NCBI GenBank assembly: GCA_039801565.1
Contig: JBDRUX010000069.1
Coordinates: 1 to 13,808 of the forward strand
Length of the DNA stretch: 13,808 nt
Direction of reading: 5' to 3'
Source of the DNA: a candidate division WOR-3 bacterium
GTDB taxonomy: Bacteria; Hydrothermota; Tepidihabitantia; Tepidihabitantales; JAOUPE01
Part shown: in pieces, positions 7,164 to 13,808 of the stretch
Layout: each line of letters begins with the position of its first letter
How positions within the stretch are numbered: position 1 is the first letter of the stretch
The notes under the pieces: generated by a model
What the model was told of the DNA's origin: nothing
Seen by the model: the letters and a program-made list of their open reading frames with translations, nothing else
Database searches by the model: none
Translations under genes and position numbers: made by a program

Positions 7164-9576
7164 GTTTTCGTTTAAGAAAATAATAAAAGTTTTTTCTTCA
7201 GCCATTGGCATCCTTTTGGTTTTTAATGTAACTTCAGCGTCTGTCCCAGCGTTGGTTACTGAGTGGAGTTTCCCAATTAATTCATTACCCAAGGATATAA
7301 TCTTCTTTGACATCGAAGATGACCGATTGGCGGAAATTGCTATTGCCTTAGACCGAAACCAAATAATCGTTCTAAACAACACTGGTGATTCAATACTATG
7401 GAGTCTTAAAACCATTTCGCCGATAGTCAAGCTTGCAGTATTATATCAACAAATTGAGCCAACTTCTTTGCTAATAGCTGCAGCTCCTCCTTATCTTTTA
7501 GCAATTAATCGGAATGGTAAAATTGTTTGGCAAATTTTTCTTAAGGGTTTAATTACTCATTCAAAATTATGGTTGGAAACGGGTAATTTTATCCCTCAAC
7601 CGGGTAATGAGCTATTAGTAGTTACCCAAAACTTTTTTTTCATTATTGCCCCTAATGGCAAGATCTCCCATCAAAACCGATTGCCAATTTATCCAAAACA
7701 GATTGAAATCGGCAATATTGACAATGATAGCTATGACGAGATTTTGTTAAGTGATTTCAACCGACTAATTGCCTACCAAGGTGATGGCAGGATAGCAATT
7801 GACCTGTCATTGGCTAACGCAAATCTTGAGATCAATCGTACCTTTGATATTTATGATATTGACTCCGACCGAATCGAAGAAATTGTAGCAGTTACTTCCC
7901 AACCTGAAACGAATGAAGATAAAATAATTAATTGGGTAAATTGTTTTTCAGCCAATGGTTCGATTTTGTGGCGCTATAAAGTAAAAACTGATTTGCGGAC
8001 GGTTCGGGTATTACGAGGCGAAATTTATCTGGGTGGAATTGACTCGGATGGTGAAGATTGTCTGACGAAACTCGACCGAACTGGTGAAGAAATAAAGACA
8101 GTTATCTTATCCAAAAACGATTTTCCTCAATTTCTTTATAGCCCAGTTGCAAAATTCAACTGTCATCCAATCGGTTTACAAGAAATTTACCAATTAGGCA
8201 ATTTACTGCTGCTATCATTTGGTTGGCGCGAGGCTGGTGAACTTAAGGTTACCAATCTACGATTATTTTCTACTAACCTGGATGCAATAAACCTTACGCA
8301 TCCGGAATATTTTTCCAATCTGCCAGTTGTTTATGCTGACCGAAATCAGGAGCTGATAAATTTACGGATTGGTTCGATTAATGGTGATACATTGCCTGAT
8401 GTTTTAATCACCCGCCGGCAGAACGGAGAGAAATACGCCGTAGATTGTCTAGTGAATCGTTGTGAACTTTTAGCCCGTGCTGAACGAGAAATGTGGAATA
8501 GTTTTCGTAACGCATTGAGAACGTTTAATCAAACTGATGCCAAACGTTTCGCGCGTCGCGCCCAAATTCTTGCCGCTAACTTTGGCAACAACCTAAACGC
8601 CAACCGAACTTATGACCGGCTATTAAGAGAGTGGAAAACCTACCGGCGGATTATCATTGCGCGCACCGTTTCTTTCACCGTTGGCATAATTTTGGTTTTT
8701 GTTGCGCTCGGTTTCTTTTTTATCCGACCGATGATTAGGAAAAGAATTTGGCGACTAGCCCAAGTGGAAACAAAACCGATTTCTACCGTTGTTCGAATCG
8801 CTACTGAACTTGTTGCTCTCAATCACAACTATATTGTCAAAGGCAACTTGAACGGTGCCTACCATCGCCTAATTGAAATTATCCACCGGTACGGTCTTCA
8901 TGCTGACCGCGATTTAAGTCATCTATTAACCAAAACTGCCAAGTCAACAATTTCTTCGGTGGTTCCAACAAAACCGATTGATTTTCTAATTTACTATCGT
9001 CGTTTTGTCAAGCGGTTAACCAAAGAATCGAGAACGGCTAACCTTATAAATCTGACAAAAAAGATTTGTTCTGATGCGTTAGGTGATAGCTTAGAAATCT
9101 TTGAGGCATCTTTAAATCGTAATGAATATATACCGGAACAATTGGAAAAACAAATCACTCCAAGCAGTAAGATCAAAGTCTCATTTTTTTATCTTATCAA
9201 TCGCGATTTTCCTAATATTTACCAGGAGACATTGTTATTTTGGGATACCAATCTCTACAACTGGTTGGAGCATCTTTGCACCGACCATTTACGCTATGCT
9301 CGAAGTTATGCCCATTTTGTTTTTGATTATGAGAGTCCAACCGAATGGAATCGCAAACTTGTTCTCCATTTAATCAGTGACGCTACAACGCAAATCGATT
9401 TTAGCCAGAGGATTTCTCATTTACTTGATGAATTTGAAGAACTGAAAATTGCTTATCAAGATTATATTCAATTACCAACCGACCAAGCGGTTTTATATTA
9501 TCCCAATGAAAAGATTTGGATAAAAATTCTTGACTTGATTTCGGTTTTAAACAGTATTATATTTTTAAATGCTTAG
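7150..9576 (+). CDS. Single-pass membrane receptor-like protein: extracytoplasmic FG-GAP/PQQ-like propeller, TM helix, ~280-aa cytoplasmic domain (possible pseudo-histidine kinase)
   Basis: Signal-peptide-like N-terminus; DIEDDRLAEI, GNIDNDSYDEI, DIDSDRIEEI, INGDTLPDV, NGKIVWQ and NGSILWR motifs; TM TVSFTVGIILVFVALGFFFI followed by basic RPMIRKR. Overlaps the upstream gene by 14 nt. Confidence 0.8.
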   Translation: MHYNRFSFKKIIKVFSSAIGILLVFNVTSASVPALVTEWSFPINSLPKDIIFFDIEDDRLAEIAIALDRNQIIVLNNTGDSILWSLKTISPIVKLAVLYQQIEPTSLLIAAAPPYLLAINRNGKIVWQIFLKGLITHSKLWLETGNFIPQPGNELLVVTQNFFFIIAPNGKISHQNRLPIYPKQIEIGNIDNDSYDEILLSDFNRLIAYQGDGRIAIDLSLANANLEINRTFDIYDIDSDRIEEIVAVTSQPETNEDKIINWVNCFSANGSILWRYKVKTDLRTVRVLRGEIYLGGIDSDGEDCLTKLDRTGEEIKTVILSKNDFPQFLYSPVAKFNCHPIGLQEIYQLGNLLLLSFGWREAGELKVTNLRLFSTNLDAINLTHPEYFSNLPVVYADRNQELINLRIGSINGDTLPDVLITRRQNGEKYAVDCLVNRCELLARAEREMWNSFRNALRTFNQTDAKRFARRAQILAANFGNNLNANRTYDRLLREWKTYRRIIIARTVSFTVGIILVFVALGFFFIRPMIRKRIWRLAQVETKPISTVVRIATELVALNHNYIVKGNLNGAYHRLIEIIHRYGLHADRDLSHLLTKTAKSTISSVVPTKPIDFLIYYRRFVKRLTKESRTANLINLTKKICSDALGDSLEIFEASLNRNEYIPEQLEKQITPSSKIKVSFFYLINRDFPNIYQETLLFWDTNLYNWLEHLCTDHLRYARSYAHFVFDYESPTEWNRKLVLHLISDATTQIDFSQRISHLLDEFEELKIAYQDYIQLPTDQAVLYYPNEKIWIKILDLISVLNSIIFLNA

Positions 9577-9600
9577 TTTGAAAAACTTAAGGAGGCGATA

Positions 9601-11208
9601 ATGCCGAAAAATTCAACCCAACCCGTAATTTTAGTGGTTGATGACCTTTATGATGCTTTTACTGCCCTCTTGGAAAATCTAAAGAGATATGCCGATGGCA
9701 AGTTATATTCAAATTTTGAATTCATTTATTTAGATAGTTACCAAAGTTTGGTGGAATGGTACAAGAATAACCAAGGGCGCTTTGTCTCGCTTATTATTCA
9801 AGATGTTGACTTTACCCATACTACATCACCGCAGAAGTTATTACAGGCAACCGATTTGTGGAAAATTCCGCCTAAACGTTTTGACGAACGAGCCTTACAA
9901 GGATTTTTAATTTACGGGCTTTTACGGTCAAAACCGATTGACCGGTTTGTGCCGGTTCTTTTTGTCTCCTCCCGAATCGGATTAGATACTACTCGAAATT
10001 TTGCCGAGTATTTAGTTTATCCAGGCTATGGTTCTTGCACCTTTGCCCCAGACTATGACCAATCGGAAACTTTCTACCACCGAATTGCTTCCCTAATTGA
10101 TTCTTTTGCTTTACGGCCTTTATCTTCAGCGCAAAAAGAGGAATGGAAAGAGTACCATTCAATGGTTCTTGGTCGTTCCCGATTGATGTGCCATTTAGTT
10201 TATGAAATCGAACGAATCGCTCCCACTGAAGCCACAGTTGTAATCTTAGGCAGTCCAGGGGTTGGCAAGGAATTGGTGGCAAATGTTATTCACAAAAAAT
10301 CCTACCGATATGATCCAGAAATGAAAGAAAAAAGTAAACCCTTAACCGTGAATATTGCTGCCCTCGACCGAAACCTAATTGAAGATGAATTATTTGGTCA
10401 CGAGCGCGGTGCTTTCACCGGTGCCACCGGTATGCGCGAGGGAATCTTTGAAGCCGCAGCTGGTTCAACTGTATTCTTGGATGAAATTGGCGACTTGTCG
10501 AAAGAAATTCAACTTAAACTGCTCCGGACGATGGAATATAAAACAATCAAACGGTTAGGTTCATCAAGAGAGATTGAGGTTGATTTTCGAGTGATTTGTG
10601 CAACCAATCGCACAATTGAACAACTCCAGAAATCGCTAAGGAGTGATTTTTATGCCCGTTTAGTTCAACATTGTCTCATCGTACCCAGTATGCGTGAGAA
10701 ATGGGCAAATGAATCTTACGATGTTGTCGAAAATGATATTTGGGAGTTGTGTAATTTCTTTGTTGAAAAGATGAACACCGACCCCCGGATAATGGCAAAA
10801 ATTGGAATATCGAATGCAGTTATAAAGTTCATAAGCAAATTAGCGTGGGAATATGTTGAAGGTGGTAACGAACTTTTTGCAGGAAACATCAGAACCCTAC
10901 GCAATCTCATAGAACGGGCTTACGAGCGATGCCAATATGAAGGGCAAAAAGAAATTTCTTTGGGACATATTATCTCTACTTTAGGTATGATGCGCCTCTT
11001 AGAAAGACCACCGATCTCTCAACCAATTAAGCCCCACGAACTTAATATTGAATCCGTGGTTGGAAGTCTAAACTTAGCGGAAATTGAGAAGCGGGCGATC
11101 TTAGAGGCTTTAACCAAAACCGGTCACAATCAGACCCAAGCTGCTGAATTACTAAATATTCATCGTGACACTTTACGAAAGAAGATGCAAGAATACGGAA
11201 TCGATTGA
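9601..11208 (+). CDS. sigma54-dependent enhancer-binding protein (NtrC/Fis family) with atypical N-terminal receiver domain
   Basis: ILVVDD, IIQD and PVLFVS receiver elements; Walker A GSPGVGKE; ELFGHERGAFTGA; Walker B VFLDEIG; ICATN; RSDFYARL; GNIRTL; Fis HTH NQTQAAELLNIHRDTLRKKM. SD AAGGAGG at 9589-9595. Confidence 0.95.
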   Translation: MPKNSTQPVILVVDDLYDAFTALLENLKRYADGKLYSNFEFIYLDSYQSLVEWYKNNQGRFVSLIIQDVDFTHTTSPQKLLQATDLWKIPPKRFDERALQGFLIYGLLRSKPIDRFVPVLFVSSRIGLDTTRNFAEYLVYPGYGSCTFAPDYDQSETFYHRIASLIDSFALRPLSSAQKEEWKEYHSMVLGRSRLMCHLVYEIERIAPTEATVVILGSPGVGKELVANVIHKKSYRYDPEMKEKSKPLTVNIAALDRNLIEDELFGHERGAFTGATGMREGIFEAAAGSTVFLDEIGDLSKEIQLKLLRTMEYKTIKRLGSSREIEVDFRVICATNRTIEQLQKSLRSDFYARLVQHCLIVPSMREKWANESYDVVENDIWELCNFFVEKMNTDPRIMAKIGISNAVIKFISKLAWEYVEGGNELFAGNIRTLRNLIERAYERCQYEGQKEISLGHIISTLGMMRLLERPPISQPIKPHELNIESVVGSLNLAEIEKRAILEALTKTGHNQTQAAELLNIHRDTLRKKMQEYGID

Positions 11209-11223
11209 GATATATTTTTAATA

Positions 11224-11264
11224 GTTGTCGAAAATTTCGCCAACCAGTGCTGAAAAATTCCACA
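11224..11264. promoter_or_regulatory. Tandem candidate upstream activator sequences (bEBP binding sites)
   Basis: TGTCGAAAATTTCGCCA (11226-11242, near-perfect palindrome extended by GT/AC) and TGCTGAAAAATTCCACA (11248-11264) share TGnnGAAAAwTTCnnCA. They are 22 bp apart and centred about 165-185 bp upstream of the predicted sigma54 start site. Confidence 0.65.
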
Positions 11265-11266
11265 AA

Positions 11267-11302
11267 ATTATAAAATTTTGACGAGCCCGAAAATTTTATA
11301 AT
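11267..11302. repeat. Perfect 13-bp inverted repeat with 10-nt spacer
   Basis: ATTATAAAATTTT (11267-11279) - GACGAGCCCG - AAAATTTTATAAT (11290-11302). Confidence 0.7.
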
Positions 11303-11393
11303 ACTCGCCAAGACTATTTTACACATAAGTAATTTAATTTCAAATAAATAGATTTATACAAAATCATTGAAATTAAAACAACTTAAAAATTAT

Positions 11394-11409
11394 TGGCATA
11401 ATTTTTGCT
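11394..11409 (+). promoter_or_regulatory. sigma54 (RpoN) -24/-12 promoter
   Basis: TGGCAT-AATTT-TTGCT, with GG at 11395-11396 and GC at 11407-11408 separated by exactly 10 nt, matching TGGCAC-N5-TTGCW. Directly downstream of a GAFTGA bEBP gene. Confidence 0.88.
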
Positions 11410-11418
11410 TATTATAAT

Positions 11419-11513
11419 GGCAATCTGACATGGGGTCTCTCTCCTGAGGTCAGGAGATTTGCCTAACCGGCGAGTTCAGGTGCATGCTCAGTCATGCACC
11501 ATTTTTATTTTTT
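11419..11513 (+). ncRNA. Putative sigma54-dependent small RNA (~95 nt)
   Basis: GC-richer island in AT-rich DNA starting at the expected sigma54 start site (~11419-11420). 5' stem GGCAA/TTGCC, inner hairpin TCTCCTG-AGGT-CAGGAGA, intrinsic terminator at the 3' end. ATG-initiated frames near the 5' end are only 3-5 codons, and no sizeable downstream + strand gene exists. Confidence 0.7.
11479..11513 (+). terminator. Rho-independent terminator
   Basis: GGTGCATG-CTCAGT-CATGCACC perfect 8-bp stem followed by ATTTTTATTTTTT. Confidence 0.85.
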
Positions 11514-11858
11514 GGTTTAAAAAGATAACACCCAAATCGTCCCCCTATGGGCTTTTAATACCCATTTTGTCAAAAATTTACTTTTGCTGGGATTTGCTAA
11601 AAATACCAGCGATTTCATTATTATTTCTTTAATAAATGCTAGTTATAACCAATGCTTTGGTTAAGCTGAAAGTTATCCCTATCTATATCTATTTCATTTT
11701 TAATATCTTAGATTGAAGAATTTTGCTATTTCTAGATTAAAAATTAAGAATTATTCTAATTATTACCAAGTGTTAGAAAGTATACCAAGCTGAAATTTCT
11801 TTTAAATATTTGATATTTCATTTCTTATATCAAATTTTCCTCTGGGAGAGGGTATCGT

Positions 11859-12037
11859 ATAGGTGGTTGCCCCGTAGGTTGCTTCCTAAGTTGTTTGAGG
11901 AATTACTTCAGAAGTGGCTTCGGGAGCTGGTTGGTAGGCAGGTTGGAGAGTAGGTTCGTGGGTGACCTCGGAAGCGACTTGGGAGGCAACCTAGGAGGTA
12001 GCCCGTGGGGTACATAGGAAGCAACCCGTGACATCGC
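11859..12037. repeat. Degenerate G-rich 12-bp tandem array (~15 units) with an internal 12-bp inverted repeat
   Basis: Units such as TTCAGAAGTGGC, TTCGGGAGCTGG, TTGGAGAGTAGG, CTCGGAAGCGAC, TTGGGAGGCAAC, CTAGGAGGTAGC, ATAGGAAGCAAC. GGTTGCTTCCTA (11877-11888) is the exact reverse complement of TAGGAAGCAACC (12015-12026). Confidence 0.7.
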
Positions 12038-12383
12038 CTCATTATTTTCAGTTATCCTAAGACGAGTCACTGATTTTAAGGATGCGTAAGAAATAGTTCA
12101 AAATATTCAATAAGGCTAAATTTTTGGTATGCAACCGTTCCCATTCACTAATCACCGATTTTTAGGGAATGCGCTGAAAAATTAGTTCAGACTGGTTCAA
12201 TAGTTTAATTTATATGCGACGAATCGCACCGCTACATTCGGAATATGCCTTATAAATCTTGCCTATAATTTTTTGCAACACTTCAAGAGTGCCTTTCAAT
12301 CAATTAAAAAAATAATTTTTAAAGCAAGCAAAAGAAATAATTGAGCTTATAATTCCAGTTGTCAATCACTCGCGAAAAGTAGT

Positions 12384-13676
12384 TCAAATCCGAGTTTTGA
12401 GATGGCGCAGGGCTTCGCCGGCAACATAGAACGAACCGGTAATCACTACCATTTCGTCCGGCGCAACTTTTCTTAACCCCTCCCCTATCGCCTTTTTCAC
12501 TGATTCGGTTACAATATAAGGGATGGAATAAGGTTCAACTATTTTTACCAATTCTTTTGGCAGGCAGGCACGTGGCGAATCAGCTTTGGTCAAAATTAGC
12601 TTTTTTGTAATCGGCAAAAGAATCTTCAACATTTCATTTACTAATTTATCTTTGCTGGCACCAAAAATTAAGATTACATCTTTTTTAAAGATTTCCTGAA
12701 CTGTCTCAGAAAGCGCTTGTGCCGAATCCGGATTATGGGCAACATCAACCATAACGATTGGATAACGCTGAACAATTTGACAACGCCCGGGAATCTTAAC
12801 CGCCTTAAGACCCTGCTTAACTTTATCCCAACGGATGCGGTTGTCGAGCTCGTTCAGTCGTTTTAAAACCCCAATCGCAGTTGCAGCATTAGCAATCTGA
12901 TGCCGTCCAATAACCGGAATCGTAAAATCGGACCGGGTATTGTTAAACTGAATTGTGAAATGAGAACTGGTCTCTGTTAGTTTTTCATTGGTAATCTTTA
13001 AATCCCGTCCAATCAGGCATAATTGGGAATTGGTCGTTAAAACCTTTTCCTTTATAATATTACAAGCCATCGGTCGCTGTTTGGAACAAACAACATAACT
13101 GTTATTGCGAATAATTCCTGCCTTTTCGGTAGCAATCTTTTTTAGTGAATTGCCTAAGGTTTCAATATGGTCAAAACCGATTAGGGTAATTACAGCAATG
13201 ATTGGTTGCGTAACATTAGTAGCATCAAGCCGACCGCCTAAACCGACTTCCAAAATCGTATAGTCCAAATTGTTCTCTAAGAAGTATAGAAAAGCAGTTG
13301 CAGTGATCGTCTCAAAATAAGTGGCATTATGTTTTTTGACCAAAGGTCTTATTTTGGTTAAGATGCGAGCAAAATCTGACTGGGCAATTGGTTGCGATGC
13401 CACTTTAATTCGTTCACAAACTGAAACGAGGTGGGGTTTGGTAAAATGACCGGTCTTAAGCTCGCAGTGCTGAAGTGCCGATTCCAAAAAATGACAGACT
13501 GAACCTTTGCCCTTGGTGCCTGCTACCAGAATCACGTTCTTCAGTTTTCTTTCTGGATTGTCTAAATCTCTGAGTAATTTCCGAAACCGTTCTAACTTTA
13601 ATTCGTTATAAGTCAGAGCAGTTCGTTCATAATTGATGAGCGAAGTTAAAAATTGTTCAGCGGTTTTAAAGTCCAT
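12384..13676 (-). CDS. folC: Bifunctional folylpolyglutamate synthase / dihydrofolate synthase
   Basis: VAGTKGKGS P-loop, FTKPHL, ERI, EVGLGGRLDATN, DH..LG, EKAGI, PGR, DVAHNP, ITGSFY. Confidence 0.95.
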   Translation of the reverse strand: MDFKTAEQFLTSLINYERTALTYNELKLERFRKLLRDLDNPERKLKNVILVAGTKGKGSVCHFLESALQHCELKTGHFTKPHLVSVCERIKVASQPIAQSDFARILTKIRPLVKKHNATYFETITATAFLYFLENNLDYTILEVGLGGRLDATNVTQPIIAVITLIGFDHIETLGNSLKKIATEKAGIIRNNSYVVCSKQRPMACNIIKEKVLTTNSQLCLIGRDLKITNEKLTETSSHFTIQFNNTRSDFTIPVIGRHQIANAATAIGVLKRLNELDNRIRWDKVKQGLKAVKIPGRCQIVQRYPIVMVDVAHNPDSAQALSETVQEIFKKDVILIFGASKDKLVNEMLKILLPITKKLILTKADSPRACLPKELVKIVEPYSIPYIVTESVKKAIGEGLRKVAPDEMVVITGSFYVAGEALRHLKTRI

Positions 13677-13681
13677 CGGGA

Positions 13682-13808
13682 TTAGGCTGGAATTACTTTA
13701 AGGAATTTCCGTTTACCCGCCTTAATAACTACTGGTTCATCAACAATTATTTCCAGGTCTTTGTCAGTGATTCTCGTTTCATTTAAGTAAACTGCTCCCT
13801 CGTTGATT
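13682..13808 (-). CDS. tyrS: Tyrosine--tRNA ligase, C-terminal S4-like domain (3' end only)
   Basis: Not in the ORF track. Manual translation gives ...INEGAVYLNETRITDKDLEIIVDEPVVIKAGKRKFLKVIPA*, matching the TyrS C-terminal GAV.xN...GKRKF pattern. The stop lies 5 nt before the folC ATG. Confidence 0.8.
   Translation of the reverse strand, partial: INEGAVYLNETRITDKDLEIIVDEPVVIKAGKRKFLKVIPA

Noticed and set aside
8680..8700. TGGCATAATTTTGG, a sigma54-like box (a similar one is at ~249-262)
   Set aside because: Lacks the -12 GC and lies in or overlaps coding sequence.
9530..9563. Possible internal sigma70 promoter for the bEBP (TTGACT or TTGATT ... TATTAT or TATATT)
   Set aside because: Weak matches inside AT-rich coding sequence; not distinguishable from chance.
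11278..11302. TTGACG...TATAAT as a sigma70 promoter
   Set aside because: The spacer is only 13 nt.
11042..11326. 94-aa minus-strand ORF, and other antisense or out-of-frame ORFs within 5899-10910
   Set aside because: They overlap well-supported genes and regulatory sites, with no motifs.
11419..11513. CsrB/RsmZ-type protein-sponge RNA or riboswitch
   Set aside because: It has only one GGA motif, no recognisable aptamer, and no downstream gene to control.
11859..12037. CRISPR array or protein-coding gene
   Set aside because: There is no identical repeat-spacer alternation and no cas gene. The open frame has no convincing start or RBS.

Overview
AT-rich bacterial chromosomal window, probably from a diderm (it encodes an OmpA-domain outer-membrane protein). 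Housekeeping genes lie at both ends: partial divIVA, an OmpA-family gene, galE, gltX and two tRNA-Ser genes on the left, and folC plus the 3' end of tyrS on the right. Between them is an apparently self-contained signalling module. It consists of two FG-GAP/beta-propeller membrane proteins (the second ending in what looks like a degenerate histidine-kinase-like cytoplasmic domain), a sigma54-dependent enhancer-binding protein with an atypical receiver domain, tandem palindromic candidate UAS sites, a canonical -24/-12 promoter, and an ORF-less, structured, terminated ~95-nt RNA carrying a CU-rich anti-Shine-Dalgarno-like tract. The layout resembles the LuxO/Qrr logic but uses unrelated-looking receptors. 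Also present are two probable leaderless genes, a palindromic element in the ompA leader, and a G-rich 12-bp periodic array in the intergenic region before folC. All calls are from reading the sequence only; no searches were run.
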